Shown here in pieces: positions 8,723-17,422 of a stretch of DNA of 64,000 nucleotides (positions are counted from its first letter, which is position 1; every line of letters starts with the position of its first letter). The position numbers and the translations under genes are program-made. The stretch is taken from contig VGTB01000001.1 of NCBI GenBank assembly GCA_016874835.1, positions 5,169 through 69,168 on the forward strand, in the 5' to 3' direction. The notes beneath the pieces are model-generated. The model made no database searches, was not told the origin of the DNA, and saw nothing but the letters and a program-made list of their open reading frames with translations. The stretch is from Deltaproteobacteria bacterium (GTDB lineage Bacteria; Desulfobacterota; Syntrophia; Syntrophales; UBA2185).

Positions 8723-8876
8723 TCTTACAATCATGACGATTAAGAAAGTCCCGGTATTGAAAAAGGAGCCGGATCGTATTCTGTTTATCCACATGACAAT
8801 ACCCTTTCTCCTTGACGAATCATCTTACCCGTCGTAATGTACCTTCCGTTATCTGATAGAGTGGAAATGAGCCCAT

Positions 8877-9635
8877 ATGAGGGGGCATGAGGTTCTTCTT
8901 ATGAACTTGATGAAAACCCGCAAAGGCTTCACGCTGTTGCTGATTGCGGGGCTTTGTTTGTCGAACGTTGCGCTGAGCTTTGCTGCGGATTGGGGAACGA
9001 TAATGTATCCTCGTGGGAAGACATATATAAGGGCCAAGAGATCGGTGCATTCCAAAGTGAGAGGTCAACTGAGGGCAGGTCAACCCGTTAAGGTGGATTT
9101 TCTTAAGAATAACTGGTATGCCGTTTTCAGGGTGAAGGAAAAACGGCGCAATGAGGCAAGGGCGCTCGGTTATGTGCAGGCAAATCTTCTTTATCGACGT
9201 GTTGTTAAACCAACCGATGTCCCTGTGAGCAGGGAGAAGGAAACGGTAACGGACTCATCGGTAATGGAGTTTCCCGATAGTGTGCCAATCGACGTGAAGA
9301 ATATCAGTGTTAAGACGGGCGAAACCGGGCATGAGTCGCTTGTGATTGAGTTTAATCGGTTTTACACACCGGCGTTTTACAGTATCGAGGGTAGTGAACC
9401 CAAGATAGTCCTCGATATCACGAACGTATCATCATTCAAGAAAGAGTGGGAGTATTTAAGCGTTCAAGGGAAATTCATCAGGCAGCTCCGCAGCAGTATG
9501 AACCCGAATGCTCGCATGGTGAGAATTGTTGTGGATATGGAACCGGCGAAAGATTATTCGATAAATCCTGTTTTTAGCGGGAAGGACAATTCCTATTCTC
9601 TGCACATATCCGAAGATAAAAAACAGGCACCATGA
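8877..9635 (+). CDS. Secreted protein with SH3-like and C-terminal AMIN-like domains
   Basis: It has a signal peptide (KGFTLLLIAGLCLSNVALSFA) and an SH3b-like segment (RAGQPVKVDFLKNNWYAVF). The C-terminal ~90 aa have the AMIN pattern (LVIEFNRFYTP..VLDITNV...VRIVVDMEP). The true start is probably Met at 8901 or 8910. Confidence 0.55.
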   Translation: MRGHEVLLMNLMKTRKGFTLLLIAGLCLSNVALSFAADWGTIMYPRGKTYIRAKRSVHSKVRGQLRAGQPVKVDFLKNNWYAVFRVKEKRRNEARALGYVQANLLYRRVVKPTDVPVSREKETVTDSSVMEFPDSVPIDVKNISVKTGETGHESLVIEFNRFYTPAFYSIEGSEPKIVLDITNVSSFKKEWEYLSVQGKFIRQLRSSMNPNARMVRIVVDMEPAKDYSINPVFSGKDNSYSLHISEDKKQAP

Positions 9636-9687
9636 CTGCGGAGTATCATTCGAGTTACATTCAACTTCATAATCTGCGGGTTTTTTA

Positions 9688-10743
9688 GTGAGAAAAATCT
9701 ATATTGCCGCTGCCGGCCGTGAGGTTGATGGTGTGGGCGATCTTGCGGGATTTCTGCGTATGCAAGAATCCCTGGCAGCGAAAGGGTTCGATGCTGTTGA
9801 GTTGATTATTGATCCGCTCAAAGCCGGCTGGGATACGCCTCTTGAGGAGCGTCATTATCGTTCCGGTTGTGCGCCCATTGAGGCCGTTGACGAAGCCAGG
9901 AAACTGATCATTTCCGGACGTTCTTCATGCGTGATTATCTCCGGCGAGGATCTGCTTAAAACGAATTATGAGCGGGAGGAGCGGCATCGACTCATGTCAA
10001 TATACGGAACAGAGTGGTCTCTCCCGAAGGCCTACACCGAGCTGGCCCGGGTGTTCATGGGAAACTGGGGGATAAGTGATATTCAGTTTAGGCAATTGGC
10101 GGAACATCTCTTTGCAAATTATCTGAGGACAGCAGGTAGGTCTGGTCGGCCCCTCACTCTGGATCAGCAATGGTATGAGCCTGTTACTGATTTGTTCCGT
10201 GGTGTTGATTGTGCCAATCCTGTCGTGGATTTCGCGGGGCGACTTCTTCTCTGCAGTGACGAAGTTGCCGATGCCTGTCATATTCCCGTGCACGAGAGGG
10301 TTGCCGTTTCAGGGATAGGTCTTGGAATACAACCGGGCGACGGCCCCGCGCTCATTCACGAGATAGCCGCGTATCGTCACCTGAAGGCTGCTTTTCAGGA
10401 GGCTTGCAGACGGGCCGGAGTGAATTTTCCCGCACGTTTCTTATCGGGAGAGGCATTACTTGAGGTGTACACATGCTATCCTGTCGTTCCCCTCGCATTT
10501 TTACTCGTTACCGGTATTGCTCTGTCACCCGGGCAGATAACCGATGTCCTGGATAGCCATGAAATAACGGTAACGGGAGGTATGAACCTTGCCCGTGCCC
10601 CGTGGAATAATCCGAGCCTGAATGCCATGATTGCTATGTATCGTCGCCTGAGAGAAGGACCTTTTTCCTTGGGTGCTGTTCATGGAAATGGCGGACTGGG
10701 ATCACGTCAGGGGGTAGTTATCCTGGAGCGAATTTTCCGTTAA
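9688..10743 (+). CDS. Thiolase-fold-like hypothetical protein
   Basis: The C-terminal pattern resembles thiolase/SCP-x C-terminal halves: LEVYTCYPVVPL, ITVTGGMNLARAPWNNPSLNAMI, GAVHGNGGLG. The N-terminal half is divergent. The GTG start is taken from the track. Confidence 0.4.
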   Translation: MRKIYIAAAGREVDGVGDLAGFLRMQESLAAKGFDAVELIIDPLKAGWDTPLEERHYRSGCAPIEAVDEARKLIISGRSSCVIISGEDLLKTNYEREERHRLMSIYGTEWSLPKAYTELARVFMGNWGISDIQFRQLAEHLFANYLRTAGRSGRPLTLDQQWYEPVTDLFRGVDCANPVVDFAGRLLLCSDEVADACHIPVHERVAVSGIGLGIQPGDGPALIHEIAAYRHLKAAFQEACRRAGVNFPARFLSGEALLEVYTCYPVVPLAFLLVTGIALSPGQITDVLDSHEITVTGGMNLARAPWNNPSLNAMIAMYRRLREGPFSLGAVHGNGGLGSRQGVVILERIFR

Positions 10744-10779
10744 ACTTATGGGTGAGGTGAGTTTTGGAGGATGCTTTTT

Positions 10780-12126
10780 TTAAGATGACAGGGCGGCCGG
10801 ATTTTGATGGGAGAGGCCTGCGTTGTCCTGCCACTCTTTGAGTGCTCGCAGGGCGCGGTATGCGTAATGAAGGCCCCTGTCTTTTTTTCGAATTTTGCGA
10901 GCGAGGGGAGGGAAGAATCCGAAGTTCACGTTCATGGGCTGGAATGTTTTGTGATCGGCGTGAGTAATGTAGTGTAACAGGGCGCCAATAGCTGTCGTGT
11001 GTGGGGGCGGTACATTTTTTCTTCCCGACAAAACGCACGATGCATTCAATCCGGCGATAAGTCCCATCGCGGCTGATTCCACATATCCTTCAACACCTGT
11101 TATCTGTCCTGCAAAAAAAATCATGTTGTTTGTGCGGAGTTGAAGTGCGTTGTTGAGAAGGGCAGGGGAATTGATGAAGGTATTGCGGTGAATGCTTCCG
11201 TGTCTCACGAACTCTGCGTTTTCCAGACTGGGTATCATCCTGAATACGCGGCGCTGCTCGGGCCAGGTGAGCTTCGTCTGGAATCCTACCATATTGAAGA
11301 GTATTCCTTCCCGGTCCTCCTGCCTGAGCTGTACCACTGCGTATGGTTGTTTTCCGGTCTTCGGGTTTGTCAGACCTACCGGTTTCATCGGTCCGAATAT
11401 GAGGGTATCTTTGCCGCTCCTGGCAAGATGTTCCACGGGGAGACAACCGGCAAAGTATTTCGCCTCTTCAAAATGTCTGAGAGGAACGTCCTCGCCTTCT
11501 TTCAAGGCAATCCAGAATTTTTCATATTCGTCCTTTTCCATGGGACAGTTTATGTAATCCCCCCCATCGCTGTCGTATCGAGAGGATCTGAACACCCTAT
11601 CGAAATTGATGGACTCGCCTTCAATGATCGGCGAAATTGCGTCGTAAAAGTACAGGTAGTTACTGCCGGTTAAATTTGTGATGCTTGCGGACAAAGCATT
11701 GGAAGTGAGGGGGCCGGTGGCAATGATCACAATTCTGTGTGCGGGTACTTCCCTGATTTCTTCCCTGATAATTTTAATTTTTTTTTGCGTAAGCAGTCTT
11801 TCTTCAATGTAGAGAGAAAATTGATTCCTGTTCACGGCTAAGGCCTTCCCGGCCGGAACCGCGGTTGCCGCTGCCGCCTCCATGATGAGAGAGTTCAACA
11901 TTCGCATTTCTTCTTTCAGGAGGCCGACGGCGTTTTCTATGGCATTAGACCTGAGGGAATTGCTGCACACCAGTTCCGCCAGATGGGCTGATCTGTGGGC
12001 GGGTGAAAATACGGAGGGCTTCATTTCGTAGAGTGTAACGGGGTGTTCATGTCTCAGTAACTGCCATGCCGCCTCGCATCCCGCCAGACCGCCACCGATT
12101 ATTATGATGGATTCCTGAGACGACAT
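10780..12126 (-). CDS. trmFO: Methylenetetrahydrofolate--tRNA-(uracil-5-)-methyltransferase TrmFO
   Basis: IIIIGGGLAGCEAAWQL, LYEMKP, AELVCSNSLRS and NAVGLLKEEMR match it, and the ~448 aa length is typical. Confidence 0.9.
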   Translation of the reverse strand: MSSQESIIIIGGGLAGCEAAWQLLRHEHPVTLYEMKPSVFSPAHRSAHLAELVCSNSLRSNAIENAVGLLKEEMRMLNSLIMEAAAATAVPAGKALAVNRNQFSLYIEERLLTQKKIKIIREEIREVPAHRIVIIATGPLTSNALSASITNLTGSNYLYFYDAISPIIEGESINFDRVFRSSRYDSDGGDYINCPMEKDEYEKFWIALKEGEDVPLRHFEEAKYFAGCLPVEHLARSGKDTLIFGPMKPVGLTNPKTGKQPYAVVQLRQEDREGILFNMVGFQTKLTWPEQRRVFRMIPSLENAEFVRHGSIHRNTFINSPALLNNALQLRTNNMIFFAGQITGVEGYVESAAMGLIAGLNASCVLSGRKNVPPPHTTAIGALLHYITHADHKTFQPMNVNFGFFPPLARKIRKKDRGLHYAYRALRALKEWQDNAGLSHQNPAALSS

Positions 12127-12128
12127 GT

Positions 12129-14375
12129 TTATGTGACAGGGCTCTTATAGGTACAATCCTTGTTGAGGCAGGCCATGTAATTTCCTTTGCGAGGGGAATA
12201 TTTCTCAATGAGGAACCGGGCTCCACACAAAGGGCATGGTTCCGGTAGAGGCCTGTCCCATAGTGCGAAGGTGCAGGATGGGTAATTGGAACAACTGAAA
12301 AACAGCTTTCCCTTTTTCGTTCTTTTCTCGCAGAGATTGCCGTTGCAATTCGTTTCGGGACAATGTATGCCCAGGTGAAACGGCATGGTAGTTTTGCACT
12401 CGGGATAACCGGAGCAGCCTAAAAATTTTCCGAATTTGCCTTGTTTGATGAGCATCTGTTTGCCGCACTGCTCGCAGAGCACATCAGTCAATAGGGTTTC
12501 CCCCCGCTTCGCCTCTTCCTGGCCTTCCTGGGAAATATTCATGGTATTCCGGCATGCAGGGTAGTTTGAGCAGGCCATGAATCTTCCATTTTTCCCCCAT
12601 TTGATGACCATTGGGCTTGCACATTTATCGCATATTTTATCGGTGGGAGTTGCTTCCCCCTTGACTTTTCTCATATTCACCTTGGCTTTATTCAGTTCGT
12701 TTTGAAAGGAAGCATAGAAATCATGGAGCGTGTCTATCTTTTTCAGTTTCCCTTCTTCGATCAGATCTAACTGTGTTTCCAGGGACGCAGTGAATTCGAT
12801 ATCAAGAATGTTCGGGAAATTATTTACCAGAAGCTCCGTAACCAACATTCCCAGGTCGGTGGGAATAAACCTCCCCTTTTCCAGATGCACGTAGTCCCTT
12901 TCCTGGATGGTACTCAGGATAGTTGCATATGTGCTCGGCCTGCCGATACCTTGTTCTTCCAGTTCCCTCACCAGAGAAGCTTCTGAAAACCGTGGTGGCG
13001 GTTGGGTGAACTTCTGTTCGGGTTTGAGTGTGATGAGCGTCAGTTTTTCACCCACGTGTACTTCAGGGAGTATCTTGCCGAATTCAGTCTCATTATTACC
13101 GTTTTCCTTTCCTTCGGTATAGATGGTTGTGAATCCCGGAAACTTCATGACTGAACCCTGTGCCCGGAAGAGACAATTTCCTGCTGTTATGTCAATAATC
13201 GTCTGATCGAATACGGCTGCACTCATCTGGCTTGCAACGAAGCGGTTCCATATGAGCAGGTAGAGGCGATACTCGTCATTGCTCAGGTATGATTTGATGT
13301 CGTGCGGTGTGTAGCTGAGGGAAGACGGACGGATCGCCTCATGGGCATCCTGGGAGGAAGCAGTGTTCTTGAATATTCGTGCCTTTCCGGGAAGAAAGTC
13401 GGGTTCGTAATGTTCTCCGATGAATTTTCTGACTTCTCTTATGGCCTCGTCGGCGGTACGAACCGAGTCCGTTCTCATGTATGTGATCAAACCGACCGAA
13501 CCTTCTTTTCCCAGTTCAATCCCCTCATAGAGTTTCTGGGCGATGCTCATGGTCTTTTTTGCCGGGAAGCGAAGCCACCGTGATGCTTCCTGTTGAAGCT
13601 TGCTTGTGGTGAACGGCGGCATAGGTGATTTCCGTACTTCTTTTTTCTCCTGTTTTTCGACGATAAAGGGAACCATCTTAAGGTAATCCACTGTCGTGGA
13701 TGATTGGGCATCGCTCGTAATGCGAGCCTTTTTGCCTTCGATTCTGGTGAGGCGGGCCTCGAAAGGAGGAGGATTTGCACCCTCCAGATGTGCGGTGATA
13801 TGCCAGTACTCTTCCCGTATGAATTTACGGATTTCCTCTTCCCGGTCGCAGATCAATCTGACTGCCACCGACTGGACACGACCTGCACTGAGTCCTCTTT
13901 TCACTTTTTCCCAGAGCAGGGGGCTGATCTTATACCCCACGAGACGGTCAAGGATGCGCCGTGTTTGCTGTGCTTCGTACTTGTTGATGTCAAGTGTGTG
14001 GGGATGGTTCATCGCCTCCAGGATCGTTTTTTTTGTCAGGTCGTTGAAGAGAACACGATGGACGTTTTTTTCTTTCATGCCGATTTCTTCGGCGATATGC
14101 CACGCTATAGCTTCTCCCTCTCTGTCGGGATCGGGGGCGAGGAATATGTCGTTCGCTTTTTTCGCCGCTTTTTTCAAGATGCCGACGATTTTTTTTCTTG
14201 ATTCTATGACATTGTAGGTAGCGAGAAAGTGGTGGTCCGGGTCGATTCCTAACTTACTTTTGGGAAGATCCTTAATATGTCCCATGGATGCTAACACTTC
14301 GTAGTTCGGACCTAAATATTTTTTGATAGTTTTTACCTTTGTGGGCGATTCGACGATGATGAGGGAATCCGTCAT
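12129..14375 (-). CDS. topA: DNA topoisomerase I
   Basis: It has a Toprim N-terminus (LIIVESPTKVKTIKKYLG), the active-site region LITYMRTDS, and several C-terminal CxxC zinc ribbons. Confidence 0.95.
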   Translation of the reverse strand: MTDSLIIVESPTKVKTIKKYLGPNYEVLASMGHIKDLPKSKLGIDPDHHFLATYNVIESRKKIVGILKKAAKKANDIFLAPDPDREGEAIAWHIAEEIGMKEKNVHRVLFNDLTKKTILEAMNHPHTLDINKYEAQQTRRILDRLVGYKISPLLWEKVKRGLSAGRVQSVAVRLICDREEEIRKFIREEYWHITAHLEGANPPPFEARLTRIEGKKARITSDAQSSTTVDYLKMVPFIVEKQEKKEVRKSPMPPFTTSKLQQEASRWLRFPAKKTMSIAQKLYEGIELGKEGSVGLITYMRTDSVRTADEAIREVRKFIGEHYEPDFLPGKARIFKNTASSQDAHEAIRPSSLSYTPHDIKSYLSNDEYRLYLLIWNRFVASQMSAAVFDQTIIDITAGNCLFRAQGSVMKFPGFTTIYTEGKENGNNETEFGKILPEVHVGEKLTLITLKPEQKFTQPPPRFSEASLVRELEEQGIGRPSTYATILSTIQERDYVHLEKGRFIPTDLGMLVTELLVNNFPNILDIEFTASLETQLDLIEEGKLKKIDTLHDFYASFQNELNKAKVNMRKVKGEATPTDKICDKCASPMVIKWGKNGRFMACSNYPACRNTMNISQEGQEEAKRGETLLTDVLCEQCGKQMLIKQGKFGKFLGCSGYPECKTTMPFHLGIHCPETNCNGNLCEKRTKKGKLFFSCSNYPSCTFALWDRPLPEPCPLCGARFLIEKYSPRKGNYMACLNKDCTYKSPVT

Positions 14376-14377
14376 GA

Positions 14378-15523
14378 TTACTCCTTGAGTGCAAATTTAT
14401 TTCCGGGAAGTTGCTTGATAATCCCTCTCAGCTCAAGAGTCAATAGAATATTTAATACGTGGCTGGTGGGTATTCCCGTGGCGGCAATAATATCATCAAC
14501 ATCTGTGCCTTTCAGGGTGATTTTATTCAGCACGGATCTTTCGGTGTGGTTGAGTGTGGTGTCCGTTTTCGATATTTTTTTTGCGTCGCGGCTTACCTCC
14601 TCTTCCGGGGAGACATCCGAGGGTTTTTTCCGTACTCTCGTTTCCACCTGCGGCAGGATCTCATCGAGAATGTCGTGGACATTCTCGATGAGTTTTGCAC
14701 CCTGTTTGATCAGTTTGTTCGTTCCCCGTGATCCGGCGGAATCGATGCTTCCCGGGACGGCGAACACCTCACGTCCCTGTTCCAGAGCGATCCTGGCCGT
14801 GATGAGAGATCCGCTTTTTTCATTCGCTTCCACTACCACAACACCTAAAGAAATTCCGCTGATGATTCTGTTGCGGGCAGGAAAGTTTGGGCCGCTGGGT
14901 GGTGTGCCGAAGGGGTATTCCGTAATGACAGCTCCATTTCTGATTATTTCCCGATAAAGCTCCTCGTTTTCCGCGGGATACAGGATATCAAGGCCGCATC
15001 CCAAAACGGCTACGGTTCTGCCCTTACCCGCGAGAGCACCTCTGTGGGCCGCAGAATCGATTCCTCTGGCGAGGCCGCTTACCACGGTGATACCTTCCAT
15101 GGCCAGTTCCCGGCACAGCCTTTCCGTGGAAAATTTTCCGTAGGTGCTGGCCATCCTGGAGCCGACGACCGCTATATTTATAGCATCGTCTCTCAGCTCT
15201 CCCCGCATGTAGAGAAAGGGAGGGAAATCATAAATATTCAGGAGGTTTCCCGGATACAATGGATCGCGATAGGTGATGATTCGGGCTTCATATTTTTTCA
15301 GGAGGTCGAGATCATTTTCTATGCGCTGCCATTCAGTGAAGTCTTTGATGTGCGTCGCTGATTTACTGCTGATTCCCGAAACTTTTTTGAGAGCGTGAAG
15401 AGATGCGTTGAATACGTTTTGCGGACTGCCGAAGGTGTCAACTAAATTTTTGAAACCTATATTTCCCAGTCCATCAATTGATTTGAGGGCAACCCAATAT
15501 TTTTTATCGTCGCCGATCATCAT
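14378..15523 (-). CDS. dprA: DNA processing protein DprA (Smf)
   Basis: GSRMASTYG, GLARGIDSAAHRGAL and NRIISGIS motifs are present, with a C-terminal wHTH. The track start at 15685 would abut the divergent gene with no promoter space. Met55 (15523) gives a typical ~381 aa length, so the start is uncertain (alternatives 15616 and 15685). Confidence 0.85.
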   Translation of the reverse strand: MMIGDDKKYWVALKSIDGLGNIGFKNLVDTFGSPQNVFNASLHALKKVSGISSKSATHIKDFTEWQRIENDLDLLKKYEARIITYRDPLYPGNLLNIYDFPPFLYMRGELRDDAINIAVVGSRMASTYGKFSTERLCRELAMEGITVVSGLARGIDSAAHRGALAGKGRTVAVLGCGLDILYPAENEELYREIIRNGAVITEYPFGTPPSGPNFPARNRIISGISLGVVVVEANEKSGSLITARIALEQGREVFAVPGSIDSAGSRGTNKLIKQGAKLIENVHDILDEILPQVETRVRKKPSDVSPEEEVSRDAKKISKTDTTLNHTERSVLNKITLKGTDVDDIIAATGIPTSHVLNILLTLELRGIIKQLPGNKFALKE

Positions 15524-15683
15524 TTTCCCGGTGCCAGTATGACAATGGAAGATGGTTTTTGTGGTAAAAGTGTTGGTCAATATATCGGATGTGAGGGGGG
15601 TGTCAAGATTTTTCATTGTGAAAATCCGTTGCGTTCTCTGAAAGATTAAGTTAGAAAAGCGCAGATTTTTCCCCGGAGGGATC

Positions 15684-17405
15684 ATGATTCGGCGATTTTA
15701 CGCAGTGGGAATGTTTACCGTCCTCTTTTTCTTTCTTTTGATTCCATCAGCAGTATCAACCCAGGAAAATGACACGAAGAAAAAAGCGGGCAAAGAAGTA
15801 TCTGCAGATTTAGAGAAGGCTGAGGATAGAACAGATGAGGTGCGTCCGGCATTGTCCGTCTCTCCTCGGGAATTGGATTTTGGAGTCATTAGTATAGGGG
15901 AGGGTTCCAGAGGCAGTGTCGTGTTAAAAAATGCGGGTCCGGGAACGTTGAAATGGTCGGTTATTGGGCCGGAAGGATGGACCCTGCTGGAGGATCAAAG
16001 GATTTCCGGGACATTGAGAGATAACACAGCAACTGTAAAGATTCATATCAGTTCTCTCAAGCCGGTGCTGAATGATGCAGACACAACTGCAGATGCGTAC
16101 CTTGTTCAGATGGGAATCGAAACGGATTCTCGCATGAACATATACAGAAAATCCCTTCCTCCTGGAACTCATAAGAAGGTCGTGAAATTGATTTCGAATG
16201 GAGGGACGAAAGCGGTTACGCTGAGATTTGAATTAAGGACGGGGGAAAAAGAACCTCTCCTGGTAGTCACTCCGCCGAGAATTGATTTGGGTCAGGTGGA
16301 TTCTGACGAACAGGTGGCGGGAAAACTTATGGTGACAAACAGGGGCAGGGAGATTCTCCGCTGGCGTGCGGCTTGCGGATTGAGTGCTGAACCCGATACA
16401 CCGACAAATACAGGTCGATATGTCTCTTTTTTAAACGCGGGTATTAAAGGGAGTAGCTCCTACGTACCGCCGAACCATTTAAAGGAATCTTTGGATATAT
16501 CGGGAAGGTGGCTGGAAAAAGATGGCTATCCGGCAAGTCAATCTCCTCATCATGTAATGAAATATCGTTTCTGGGGTACAGGGATTACGGTATTTTTTTC
16601 TGTTGAACCGGCCGGAGAGAGCATAAGTGCTTATGTCGACGAGAAGCGAACCAACGCATTGGAATGTAAAAGCGGTGCTCATGAAGCTTCGGAGTGTCTG
16701 ATTGCAGAGGATCTTCCCTACGGGCAACATGTTCTTACGGTGTCAAGCAAAAAAGGACATGCCCTCATTGAAGGGGTCAAAATATATGGCATAGAGGTGA
16801 AGAGGGGGTCTCCCGGCTGGATAAATATTTTCCCGGATTCAGGGACGACGACGAGGGAAACTGACTATGTTAATATCATGGTCAAATCACAGCGGCTGAA
16901 TCCTGGTTATTATGGCGAAAAGATCGTTTTCACTTCGAACGGAGGGGAGAAAGTCGTTGAAGTATCGCTTGAGGTAACAGGAGACAATAAACAGAGAATT
17001 ATTGACGTATATCGCTATGTCGCGGGTTCCGATTATCTGTTTACTGCACATCCTGAGACAGATGCGGTTCTATTACAGGGGAGAGGGTACAAAAAACAGG
17101 GCATTGCCTTCCGGTTATTCAGTCCCGGAACCCCCGGGACAACATCCTTTCATGGCTGGTATCATCCTAAGAAGAAGGGCCATTTCTATTCGCACGACAT
17201 GCGGGGGGAAGGAAAGACTTTAAAGGGTTACGTATACAAAGGAGTCATAGGAAACATCGCTACTTCGAGACTCACGAATACAAGGGAACTGTATCGATGG
17301 TTCAATCCCGCTACCGGTTCTTATTTTTACACTACCGATCCGAAAGGAGAGGACAGTCTGAAGAAGGGATACCGTTTTGACGGAATAGCCGGGTATGTAA
17401 GATAA
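15684..17405 (+). CDS. Secreted protein, beta-sandwich-like N-terminal modules plus three C-terminal ~40-aa repeats
   Basis: It has a signal peptide (MFTVLFFFLLIPSAVS). LDFGVISIGEGSRGSVVLKNAGPGTLKW is a PapD/ASH-like pattern. The C-terminal repeats are YRYVAGSDYLFT..GYKKQGIAFRLF, FHGWYHPKKKGHFYS..GYVYKGVIGNIA and LYRWFNPATGSYFYT..GYRFDGIAGYV (DUF5648-like by memory). Confidence 0.6.
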   Translation: MIRRFYAVGMFTVLFFFLLIPSAVSTQENDTKKKAGKEVSADLEKAEDRTDEVRPALSVSPRELDFGVISIGEGSRGSVVLKNAGPGTLKWSVIGPEGWTLLEDQRISGTLRDNTATVKIHISSLKPVLNDADTTADAYLVQMGIETDSRMNIYRKSLPPGTHKKVVKLISNGGTKAVTLRFELRTGEKEPLLVVTPPRIDLGQVDSDEQVAGKLMVTNRGREILRWRAACGLSAEPDTPTNTGRYVSFLNAGIKGSSSYVPPNHLKESLDISGRWLEKDGYPASQSPHHVMKYRFWGTGITVFFSVEPAGESISAYVDEKRTNALECKSGAHEASECLIAEDLPYGQHVLTVSSKKGHALIEGVKIYGIEVKRGSPGWINIFPDSGTTTRETDYVNIMVKSQRLNPGYYGEKIVFTSNGGEKVVEVSLEVTGDNKQRIIDVYRYVAGSDYLFTAHPETDAVLLQGRGYKKQGIAFRLFSPGTPGTTSFHGWYHPKKKGHFYSHDMRGEGKTLKGYVYKGVIGNIATSRLTNTRELYRWFNPATGSYFYTTDPKGEDSLKKGYRFDGIAGYVR

Positions 17406-17422
17406 CCCCGCTGTCGCATCAT

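Noticed and set aside
8745-8760. agaaagtcccgg, which resembles the RNase P RNA P4 core GAGGAAAGUCCGGG
   Set aside because: It is only a partial match, and the flanking sequence lacks the rest of the conserved RNase P structure.
13696-14217. Plus-strand ORFs of 165-173 aa antisense to topA, and similar ones antisense to trmFO (11140-11673) and dprA (14385-14957)
   Set aside because: They sit inside well-supported conserved genes, and their translations are low-complexity.
15683-15686. Apparent back-to-back divergent starts of dprA and the secreted protein sharing a TCATGA
   Set aside because: This is most likely an artefact of taking the longest ORF for dprA. An internal Met (15523) gives a standard-length DprA and leaves a normal divergent promoter region.
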